DNA of 45,283 nucleotides from Thraustochytrium aureum. Lineage: Eukaryota. The stretch spans positions 38,715 to 83,997 of the forward strand of contig BLSG01000097.1 of the NCBI GenBank assembly GCA_012862495.1, read 5' to 3'. The position numbers and the translations under genes were made by a program. The notes beneath the pieces are model-generated. The model saw only the letters and a program-made list of their open reading frames with translations. It was not told where the DNA came from and ran no database searches. Shown here piece by piece: positions 35,045 to 45,283 of the stretch. The stretch's first letter is position 1, and the number at the start of each line of letters is the position of its first letter.

Positions 35045-36554
35045 ATGGACGCGATTGAGCACGCGCTGAGGGAAAGAGGGTTTTTCAAAGAAGTGAATCG
35101 CACCTTCAACCTCATCGCAATTCCGCTGCTCATCATTGCCGTGATCGGCGTCGGGTTCATCCTCGTGTGGGCGCAGGAGATTCTCGTCCCCTTCGTGATT
35201 GCGCTGTTCTTCACATATCTGCTGAAACCGATGGTGAACGCGCTGAGCCAGCCGCTCGGGTCCTGCTCCGAAGCCAACTGCCTCAACTTTTTCAACCCGG
35301 CCGCATGCCGGCGGCGCTCGGCCGCGGCCGCCTTCACGCCAGGGATCGCATTGCGCAAGGACAGCTCGGGCGAGATACGCGCCTCGTTCGACCACATCTC
35401 TGTGGACACGTACAGCGCGGACGAGGGCTTGTCAAAGTCGTCTACAGGCAGCGCGGCCGCTTGCGAAAGCAAGAACGAGGTCGAGCTCTCTAGCCTGATC
35501 GACCACGGAGACCAGACGAGCGAGCGCGAGATCCGCTCGCGCGCCTCGATCTCCGGGGGTCCTTTGCGAGACAGCGCGTCACGGCCAGCGCGTTCGTCCT
35601 CAATGATGGGCAACCCGTCACTGTGCTTCCGGTGCAGACGCTGGCGCCTCCCGCGGTGGATCTCCATTCTGCTGTCGATGCTGCTGGTTTTCGGATTTTT
35701 CGCTGGCGTCGCCATCCTCATCGCGGACGCCGTGCAGACCTTCGAGGACGAGGACATCGAGATGTTCGAGGACCAAATGGTGGAACTGGGCCTCAAGCTC
35801 AAGGACTGGGTCAAGCGCGTGTTTGGCGTCGAGCTCAAGTCCATGATCGAGCAGTTCCGCACAGAGTTTCATTGGGTGTCCCTCACCAAGGGCCTGGTGC
35901 TCACTGTGCTTGGCGGGCTCGAGTACGCCTTCGTGATCTTCCTGTTCGTGCTTTACATGCTGTTCGAGGACGACTCGGACCTCCTCACAGCGCACGATGT
36001 GGGCCTGAGCAGCTCGCACTCGCGCGCGCGAGACCTGCGGCGCCAGATCGACATTCAGATCCAGCGCTACATCGTGATCAAGACGCTCATCTCCCTGGTG
36101 GTGGGGTTTTTTGGTCTACCTCGTCCTCGGCCCCATGCTGGGCGTGAAAATGGCGCACATCTTTGGCGTCATCACTTTCTTCGCCAACTACGTGCCAAAT
36201 GTAGGGGCCATCGCGGCCACGCTGGTTCCCATCCCGCTCGTCGTGCTGGACCCGGGCCAGACCAACATCTCGGCGGTGCTGGCCGTGGCGCTCCCGGTCT
36301 TGATCCACTCGATTGTGGGCAACGTGGTCGAGCCCAAGGTCTTTGGCGACTCTATGGAGCTCCACCCGGTCGTTGTGCTGCTCTCCGTGTCGGCGGGCTT
36401 TGCTCTTTGGGGCATGGCGGGGGCCGTGCTCAGCGTGCCGCTCGTTGCGGTCATTCGCATCACGCTCTCTCACGTCAAGCACCCTTATGCCAACGTTGTG
36501 CTTTATTTGCTCGAGGGGAAACTGCCAGGCTCTCGTGCGTTCCACGCGCTCTAG
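35045..36554 (+). CDS. AI-2E (PerM/TqsA, UPF0118) family transporter, ~502 aa
   Basis: ILVPFVIALFFTYLLKPMV, IQRYIVIKTLISL, FFANYVPNVGAIAATLVP, GNVVEPKVFGDSMELHPVVVLLS, WGMAGAVLSVPL. One extra T in the T6 run at 36107-36112 splits the frames. Confidence 0.88.
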
Positions 36555-36818
36555 CTGGCGAGCGAGCGAGAGTAGCTCTGCGATTGTTGCAGCATTTGTG
36601 TGCTGGCCTGCGTTCTCCGGTTGGTCGGGTTCGCTTGGCGGTCGACTCGGCCCTGCTATCTGTATACCAAAGGAATCTGCTTTCTATTGTCTTCTTTCGT
36701 CCGTCAAGTTCATGGTGGGCGAATCTCAACAAACAGGCAGACTCCGGCGGACTGCATCAGGCGCCGAACACGTCACCTGCCAACTCCCCTGTCTCACCTG
36801 CCAAGCTAGAGATCTCGA

Positions 36819-38917
36819 TCAAGACCAGACAGAAATTACACTACTCTCTATGTATACTCGGATGGGAGCATGCAAGGCGGACCGGACGACCAAGCGGCGC
36901 TCGCTCCAGCTCGCCGGCTCAGGCAGCGCTGCTCGGCGCGCAAGCGCGGTCCAGGCCAGACGCATCCGAGGCCTCGTCCCGGCAGTCGAGCCTGCTGCGC
37001 CCAGAGACGCTGGTGCTCGTAGATCCCGTGAACGACGAGGAGCACGACGAAGCGCTTCCGCTAGTCCCGCCTTGGCGCTTCCGCCGTCGACGCGTGACCA
37101 CCCTGGAAAAAAGCCGCCAAAGCAGCCACTTCGCCCTGGCAAGGCCACAGCCGAAGAGCCGCCAAAACGCACCTCCTCCGGGAAATCTCCACGCGGAATT
37201 CCAGCCGCAACGCGCTTGCTTGACTCGGACACGCGCTCAAGTCTGCACGCTGCTGCTGCTTGCAGCAAGCACGCAACGCAGTCCATCTTCCCGTGCGACA
37301 TGGACATTTCCAGCGCCGTCTCGCCAAACTCAAAGTCCCGGAGCGCCAAATCCTCCGACGAGGCATACGCGGCAAGCGTCCTCATTGCTGCCGAGCTCCC
37401 GCATACGGCCGCCGTGTGCAGAGCCGTCTGGCCGTCAGCATTGCGCGTTCCAACACGCGCGCCAGCCTCCAGCAGCCTGCGCACAATCTCGTCGTTGTCC
37501 ACGGACGCAGCCAGGTGGAGGGCGGAGAAGGACCCATCATCGTTCTCGGCGAGCGAGTCGAGCGCGATCCCGTCAATCTTCACCAGGGTGTCAACGAGGG
37601 CCGCGTTCTGCATGTCGCACGCGAGGTGAAGCGGCGTCGTTCCCTCCGCCGTTGCCGCATTTGGAGAGGCTCCGTGCTGGACCAAAAGCCCCACCAGCTC
37701 GACGAGGCCCTTCTCCACCGCGGCGTGCAGCGGAGTTGCTCCAAGCACATTGGCCACGTTCGGCGATGCGCCCCCGCGCAGCAGCACTTGCGCGACTTCA
37801 ATCGATGCGCTCAGCAATAGCGGGGTTCGTCATAGTCGTTCCTGGCGTTGACGTCCGCGCCGAGGTCGACGAGCTCCCTGACTGTGTCGGCTGCCCCGAC
37901 GTTGGAGGCGTGGTGGAGCGCGGTTTGGCCGTGGGTTGCCTTGCTGTTCACGTCAGCGCCCATCTCCACGAGCGAGCGCACAGTCTCCATTTTGTGGCGC
38001 GAGCTGGCCACGAAGAGCGGGGTCTCGCCCCGCGCGTTGCGCACGTCGACGCCACTGCTGCAGCTTGCGGCCATTCGCCGAAGCAGCAGAGCCTGGCCCG
38101 CCCATGCGGCAATGTGCATCGCGGAGATGTCGCAGGCGCCGCCCTGGCTCAGCAACGCGGGGTCCATCCCCGCTTGCCCCAGGAGCACCTCAACGGCCTT
38201 GATGCCTTGCTCGAGCGTCGCTTCACCCCGCGCGATGGCAAAGACAGCGAGGTGCAGTGCGCCAAAGCCGCGCACCTCGCCTCCAGCCGCGTTGATGCGC
38301 TGCTCCGTTTTCTGCTCCGCCGCTCCGACGAGCAGCTTGAGCGCCGGGGCGTTTGCACACGAAGCGGCCACCAAGTAGGGGCTCCATCCACCGCCCTCGT
38401 CGAGCTGGCCAAGGCAGGTCGCGTCTTGGCGCACGAGCAACTCAAGCGCCTCTGACCCGTTCCGACATTTCGCAGCCAGCATGGCTGGAGTCCACCCCGA
38501 CAAGTTGGTTCGGCACACCTCATAGCGGAGCGGACTTGCCAGCAGCCGCTCGACGGCGTCGCGGTGGCCGCCTGCTGCGGCGATGTGCAACGCCGTATCG
38601 CCCTGCGCGTTCCGTGCATGCGGCCTCGCCCCGTGGTCCAAGAGCATGCCGATCACGCGGGCGCTGCCGCCCTCCGCGGCCGAGTGCAGGCTCGAGTCGA
38701 GCGAATAGTCCTCGGCGGCGGCATCCGCCCCATTTGCAACAAGAAATTCGACGATCTCAACATGTCCGTGCAGCGCTGCGAAGTGGAGCCCCGTGCTGCC
38801 GTTGACCTCCTCAGCGCTGCGCAAGCAGGCCTCCAGGTGCGCCTTCACGAACTCGAGGTCGCCGCGCGCGATCTTGTTCCGGACAGCCAACGCCAGCGAC
38901 ACTTTCCTGCCCTCCAT
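36819..38917 (-). CDS. Ankyrin-repeat protein (~14-16 repeats, ~670-700 aa)
   Basis: Repeated TGLHFAA, TALHIAA, TPLFVAS, TALHHAS, TPLHAAV, TPLHLAC, SALHLAA, TALHTAA motifs. A missing A near 37827 (DE[T]PLL) splits the ORF. 3' end uncertain: a second slip in the A-run 37107-37112 could put the stop at 36919. Confidence 0.88.
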
Positions 38918-40576
38918 CGCGTTTGCTCAATGATTCTGCTCTGCTTGACTTGCAGGCCCACGCCGCGCAGGCAAGGCAGCGCGTTGACCCCAGCCAGTTC
39001 CGACTCGGGTTTCGGCGACCTTGCTGGTAACGTTCGGGGTTTGCCGTGAACGCCGGCGGTCCTCCGATCTGATATGCAGTCGGTCAGAAACCCGGCGGCC
39101 ACCGCAACGCTAGCTCGAAAGGTCGCGCTGCTCGGGCTCGTTGGCGCGTGCGAGCGGCCCGCATCGCGGTGGCGTTAATTGGCCAAGAAGAGGACCAAGA
39201 AGAGGACCAACATGCCCTCCTCATCGCACATTAATTTCTGCTGCGAGAACAATGAAATCAGCTCGAAGGACGCATCAAACCGCGACGCAGCCAACGACGA
39301 GCACTCATCACGCGTGCATCCGCTCGGCGGCGGCGGCCAAGTCGACCAGATCTGTCCCGTCCTGGCGGATCGCCAATGCCTTTTTCCTTCCTTTCGACGT
39401 GAAGTGCTGCTTTTGCTCGCGCCGCGCCCGCGGCAGGTTGTGCGGCCCGCAGCCGAACAGCACGCAAGCCAGGGACAAGCACTTGCGTGAGCTGGCCGGC
39501 CAGCGGCTCCGAGCCTCGCGGCGAAAGCAGAGTATGCTGGGCCAATCAGGCGAGATGCGAGGAGACCGAGCATGCGCAAAGTACTCTACTGCATTGCTGA
39601 GTTCGTCGTCCTCTTCGCCTTGCGCGGGTCGATGCCGGCCTCGAGCGGCTTGGAAGCACACGCAGCGGCAGGAAGAAAGCAATGAAGGAAGAAGAGGATT
39701 CGGTTGGTTGAGATGAGATGAGGAGGGTGGCGAGCGCGAACTGGCCCTCCCTCCCGACTTGGCGACGAATGGCGCACGTGCCATCGCAACGCAAGTTCAA
39801 TGCGGGCAGGTGGGGCTGGCCAGGGCGCCCGGTAGAGTTGATGAGTCTTCGAGTCCGTTCTACCGGCCGCGCGCTGGCCGCGTGCTGGATTGAGGGGACG
39901 AAGGCCGGCGAACAAGACAGATGCCGAATTGGGGACATGCACCGAGTCCCCACGACCTCTAGGTAGCAAGAGCGGCGGTACTCTTCTGAGAGAACAGGAA
40001 CCCTGGGGCAACGGTGCCACGTCGCCGGAGCGGCACCTCCTCCATGNNNNNNNNNNNNNNNNNNNNNNNNNNNNNNNNNNNNNNNNNNNNNNNNNNNNNN
40101 NNNNNNNNNNNNNNNNNNNNNNNNNNNNNNNNNNNNNNNNNNNNNNNNNNNNNNNNNNNNNNNNNNNNNNNNNNNNNNNNNNNNNNNNNNNNNNNNNNNN
40201 NNNNNNNNNNNNNNNNNNNNNNNNNNNNNNNNNNNNNNNNNNNNNNNNNNNNNNNNNNNNNNNNNNNNNNNNNNNNNNNNNNNNNAAATACCTCAAAGCG
40301 AGGCAAGGCTCTCTAGAGGTGGGGCTACAAGCGCGGCAATGTCTTCGACCCGGAACCTTGCTTGTCTCCAGGAGCGCCAGAACCGGCCCGACCACTCGGC
40401 GTCCTTCCCGGTTGACCAACAACGCCAGATTCAAGACGCGCGTCGCTGTTGCGAGGCGACACGTGAGCCGGGAGACGCTCGAGGTGGGCCCCGAGGCCGC
40501 TGTCCTCCCGCCCTGAACCCCTCTGCGATCCGGCCTGGGTTGCTGTTCCGCCGCGCCGAAGCCTGCTGGGATCGCG

Positions 40577-43500
40577 CTAGCGCGGGAGCACCGTTACTGC
40601 CGGGGTTTGAAACGTGGCTGCCCTCCGCCGCGCCACGAGACCCGCGCGGCGTACTTGCCCTTTCCCCTCCGCTCTTAGGTCCTCACGTTTGTGCGAATCG
40701 TTGCCTCCATGAGCAGGGGCAGGTGCTTCGATCTGCACTGCATCGGTCTTGCGGTTTCGGACGGTATGCGTGTCTTTGACGTGCGTACAGGTGCGGCAGA
40801 TGCGAGGGTTGAACTTGAGCGGCTGGAAGTTGGTGCACATGTCGCAGGCCGCACACCCAAAGTCGTTGTGGAGCTCGTCCGTTGCTCGACGCTGTTGAGC
40901 GGCATCCTTTGCAGCCTCGACCTTCTGCTCGGGGCTCAGAGCAGCCTCCTCGGCCTTTTTGAAAAGCTCGAACTGCCGCAAGAGGTATGCCGTTCCCATA
41001 TCCGCTTCATGAAGCGTGACGTTCCAGCGCTCCTTTGCGACGTGGCGTGCGAGGAGCTTGCCACCGCTCTTGTTGAAATAGCCTTTGAGCGTGTCGACGG
41101 TCTTGAGCATGTTGGCCACCACTCCCTCAGTCTTCGTTTGGACCACGTCCCAGTTGAGCGGCGGAGGATTCTCCTCCATGACAATCTTGCCGATGGACTC
41201 TAGGCGGCGCAAGCGCCCTCCTGGGCCTGGCGGAAACGATAGCTGCCACGTGTTCTTGAAGACGCACATTTCGCAGCGAATCGAGCCGCGATCGAGCGGG
41301 CAGCCCACAATAGCCTCACCGTACTTGTGCCGGTCCCAAGCGTCAAAGTAGGTCGGGTACTGCCTCAACACGAGCGCGTTGCCTGGGTCGGCCTTGACAG
41401 CGCGAAGATATGCATTCTCAATGTCGTCGGCGCTGCGCGTCGGCTCGGACACGGCAAGCATGAGCTCCTTGCTGCAGTGCACGGACGTGATCTTGCCCAC
41501 GTGCCGCTGCAGACCAGGCGTCCCAAACACTTCGAGCTCCGCGAAGTGCAGGTAGTTGGTTCCTTCGAGCTGCACGCGCACGTAGCGGCCCGCCGTGTTG
41601 GCCGGCACGCTCCACACCGATCGCCGCCGGTCCTTGGTAAACTTTTTCTTTTCGCCGCGCACCGCGAGTACGCGTTGACGAGTTCGTTTGGAAACGGGTT
41701 GGCAGAGATCATCACCCAGCAGGGAAAGAGGCGCTTTGTAAACGTGTCTGGGGGGTTGGTCGTGTCTGGCGGCGAGTCCTCCCGGTTCCAAAGGTGCACC
41801 CTTTCCACGACGCAGATGCGGCCCAAGTCCACCTCAAACCACGGCTGCGCGTCGACTTGCGTGTGGCAGCACTTGCTCTCGCCGTTGCCGCTGGTGTCCC
41901 CGTTTACGGCAATGTGAGACGTGCGCCCATTGTACACCGAGCTCTGCCGAGTTGGCTTGCGCAGCGCGAGGTTGCGGGGGGACACGTAGAGACACCGAAC
42001 GAGGCGCGGCCGGCGCACGTACTTTTTACTCACGGGATGGCCGATAGACCCGCTCTTGTTGACGCCCCAGGTGAAGAGCTCGCCGCTCTCCGCCAAGCAG
42101 GCCGTGGTCGCATATCCGCACGAGACCTGGCGCACGGGCTTGTCCAGGAGCTCGCGCACGAGGTGAAACTTTGGTCGCGCCTTTGTCCCAAGCGCTGCTG
42201 CTGGCCCAGCCACGTAAACGTGCCCGCCGGCGGCGCGGCGCGTTTTGTTTACCCCAGAGCCCTCCACAACCTGCGTGATCGTTGTGCAAGCGGCTGTGTG
42301 CGTGCACCCGCAGCTAACCTGGCGAATTTTGACCCCAGCGACCTGCAACGTCCGCACCAGCGTCGGGGTCTCCACTGTCCCCGGGACACGCGATCCAAGG
42401 CCGAGACGGCCCGAGTCGGCACAGCCCCACATGAAGAGCAAACCGTCCGTTGTGACCGCTGCCGTATGCGAGTTGCCGCAGGAGACCTGGCTCACCTGGT
42501 GACGTGGCGCCACTTGGAGACGGACTGGGTAGGGACAGTAGCACTCGTACTGCTCGGTGATGGGCCCGAGGCCTAGCTTTCCGTTTGTGCCCCCGCCCCA
42601 CACGAAAACGTCTCCTTGCTGCGTCACCGCCGCAGAGTGCGAGTAGCCGCACGAAACCTGGACCACGCGTTCGCCGATCAGGTCTTGCACAGCGAGGGGG
42701 GCCGCGGCGTCAAAGCGCGAAGCGCTAGCTGCCTTGATCCGTGCTGCCATGTTGCTGGCGTCAACGACGTTGCGCGCTTTGCGCTCCCCGCGCTTTGTGA
42801 CGTGCATTTCCAGTCCCGGACCTTGGCCTTGGCCGAGGCGCCCAAAGTTGCCGTCCCCCCAGGTGAACGTGTGCCCCTGGGCGTCCACACCGGCGACGTG
42901 GAATGCTCCGGCTGAGATGTACTTAAACCCAGGTGCGCCGGGCCGGAAAACGGTTGGGCCAGCACCACGCTCGGTCACGACGCCCAGGCGAGGCGCAGGC
43001 GGGCCATGCGCGCGCGAGCTCGTGTCTGCTTGGTCTGATCCCTTGCGCCCTTTGCGTCTCGCCCGACTCGAGCGCGACGAGTCGTTCGCCTGCCACGGCG
43101 CGGCAAGCGCGTCCCGCCACTGGTCGTACTGCTTGTTGTGGAGCGCCTCGCGTTTGAATCGCACCTCTGTGCGCTGCGTCTCTTGGTACTCGATCCACTC
43201 TGCATGCTTTTTGAGCAGGGGGCGCCAGATCAGTTTGCCGGTTTGCAGAATGAGCTCGGCTTTCTGCTGCCTCTTCTCCGCCTCGAATTGTGCAACGTCC
43301 TTCTCCGCGGCGCGATAGGCCGCCATCAAGCCGCGGCCGGCGAAGCGCTGCTCGATTGTGATGCCTTCGAAGAGCTTGTGGACCATCTGCCGCTTGTTGA
43401 GCCCTTCGGTGGGCAAGCCGCGGATCTTGAGCGAGCGCTCGACGTCGCTGTACGCTATTCTGGGGAGGATAATGTTTTCCATGTGCTCCATGCGCATCTC

Positions 43501-45283
43501 GGCCAGCGGGCACGGCTCCCAGACCCCGTAGTAGTCGTTCGTGACGGTCTTGAGCTTGTCATAGACGTCGTCCTCGGTTTCCTCGAGCAGCAAGGCCGGC
43601 TCTTGCACGTCGCGCCACGGCGTCGAGTCAGTCAGCGCAAGGAGAAGCTGCGAGCGGTGCGTCATGTGTCCGCGCAGCTTGCCAGCCTTGCCGAGCTCGC
43701 TTTCTGGGATGACCTCGGTCCACCACTGGTCGCGCCCGCCCCAGGCAAGCAGCTCGCCCGTGTCCGTCAGCGCAAAGGCTGCATTAATCCCGGCCGTGGC
43801 AGCAACCACTCGGCGCCCCCAGAGCGCCGCGCAGCTGGCGGCGCACACCACGTCTGTGAACGGGCTGCGCCATTTGGGCGCCTCGACCTCGGCGTCCTCG
43901 TCGTCCGCCGCGTCTCCCTGCTGGTTTGCTTTGCCAGAACCTCGCTTACTGTTCCAAGAGACGAGTTTTCTGGAGGAGCTGCTCTCTGGCCCGCTGCTTG
44001 GCCCCGCCAAGGCGCTTTCTGCGTTTGGCTGGGTCTCGATTCCTGCCGTTCCGTTGCTGACGGCCTCTTGCTCCTCGTCGGATCCAAACTCGCTGTCCTC
44101 GTCTGAGCTTTCGTCTGGAATGCCAAAATCAGTTCCGCGAGCGATCTTGTCTATGAATGCCGTCTGATTTTGGCCGGGAAACCGAAAGTCTGACTCGCGC
44201 TCGTTTTCGTCCTCGCCGAGAACTGCATACGCGTCGTTCTCCAGCTCATGGCGGCCTGGCTGGTCGTTGATCTCGTCCGCGTCGTACAGGCCCTCTTCCG
44301 GTGCCTGACCCAAGGCCACGAGGCGAGGGTCCATCTCGACGGGATACTTTGTCCGCTTTCGCAGCGACGACCCGACTTGGCCAATATTGCGAAACTTGAG
44401 CTCGACCGGGCCGTCTGGCATGACGCGTTCCTTCCAAAGCTCCTGAATAAACTCGAAGCGCTTGAAGACTCCAGAGGGTCGGCAGGCCTCCGCCGAGAAC
44501 TGGCCGTGCGCGCCAGTGCCAAACGCGTACACTTGCCCTGCCACATCGAGTGCGTTTGTGAGCTCTTCTCGCGCGCGGCGCTTGGCGGCCTGCAAGGCCT
44601 CGTTTTTGAGGTTTTGTTCGTGCTGCCAGTCGCGCCAAGCCTTGGCTTGTGCTAGCGCGTGCTCCTCCATTTGCTCTTCCTCCTCCAGCAGCTCCTCGAG
44701 GCGCCGCATCATGACTGCTTTGGGTGTTCGCTTTCCAAAAGTGACACCCCGTCGCTCGAGCTCTCCCCTAATATCCGAAAGGTGCAGCCAGATCTTGCGA
44801 AACTCTTCGTACTCAATGTGCCCTGATCGGTCGCTATCGTACTTTTGGAAGTACTTTTCTGCCTTTTGGTCCGTGACGTGGATGCCGAGATACTCGAGAA
44901 CGTCGCGAAACTCGTCTTCGTCAATCCGGCCGGACCCGTCCTCGTCGAAGAGCTTGAATGCGTCCTTTGGTCCGAGCGCCGCGGTCGGGGTGAATCCGAG
45001 AGAGTTGCCAGAGTTGGGGTCGCACGCAAACAGCGCTGCCTTGAACTCTTCCAGGCCAAGTGCGCCAGACTTGTCCGTGTCGAGTGCTTTGAAGTATCGC
45101 GTCGCCTTGGCTTCGGTCATTTCGACGCCCAGTTTTGGGAGCATGGCCTTGAACTCTTCCAGCTCGATCAGGCCGGACCCGTCCGTGTCCATCTCCTCGA
45201 ACAGCTCCTCGGGGGAGGTCTTCCTGATGTCCTCTGGAGTCAACTTGGCCTTGGCGTTTGGCCCGCTGCGCGCCCCTCCTCTG
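40577..45283 (-). CDS. Multidomain protein: 4 EF-hands, SAP/HeH-like motifs, RCC1 repeats, F-type lectin (FTP/discoidin) domain, C-terminal Cys/His finger; 5'-partial
   Basis: EF loops DTDGSGLIELEE, DTDKSGALGLEE, DEDGSGRIDEDE, DSDRSGHIEYEE. RCC1 repeats such as VQVSCGYSHSAAVTQQGDVFVWGGGTNGKLGLG. Lectin domain NLALRKPTRQSS...HT...PWFEVDLG...WNRED...GRYVRVQL...LHFAELEVFG. Frame is open to the window end; one indel in the A-runs at 41643-41652. Confidence 0.85.

Noticed and set aside
29192..36554. Bacterial contamination or a recent HGT island (NhaC plus AI-2E)
   Set aside because: The genes are interleaved with Vps34, carry long insertions or extensions and microsatellite flanks, and look compositionally like their neighbours.
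34541..38455. 1304-aa ORF
   Set aside because: Chimera of 5' flank, an N gap, the first AI-2E segment, and off-frame read-through antisense to the ankyrin gene after the T6 error.
1..45283. A functionally linked gene cluster or operon-like system
   Set aside because: The genes have unrelated functions and mixed orientations; nothing in the sequence supports a shared pathway.

Overview
Gene-dense, GC-rich, apparently intron-poor eukaryotic scaffold from a draft assembly with many N gaps. The gene set (axonemal dynein, WW-motor-MyTH4 myosin, bacterial-type transporters) suggests a flagellated protist, possibly a stramenopile such as a thraustochytrid; this is inference only. Twelve protein-coding loci in order: a 5'-partial WW-like/IQ-motif protein (+); a DNAH10/I1-alpha-type dynein heavy chain of ~4800 aa (-); a DNL zinc-finger Hep1-like chaperone (+); an SLC35A nucleotide-sugar transporter (+); a short-chain dehydrogenase (+); a class IV-type myosin (+); a 236-aa D-box protein that looks like a securin (-); an NhaC-family transporter (+); a divergent Vps34-type PI3-kinase (-); an AI-2E-family transporter (+); an ankyrin-repeat protein (-); and a 5'-partial EF-hand/RCC1/F-type-lectin protein (-). 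About ten small frameshifts, mostly at homopolymer runs, are best read as sequencing errors. No rRNA, tRNA, CRISPR array or recognisable transposon was seen. Best leads: the securin/Patronus-like ORF, the F-type lectin domain nested in a split RCC1 propeller, a cluster of CCTCGTAAAAC-like repeats in a divergent promoter, and recurrent TpA-rich palindromic motifs in intergenic DNA.
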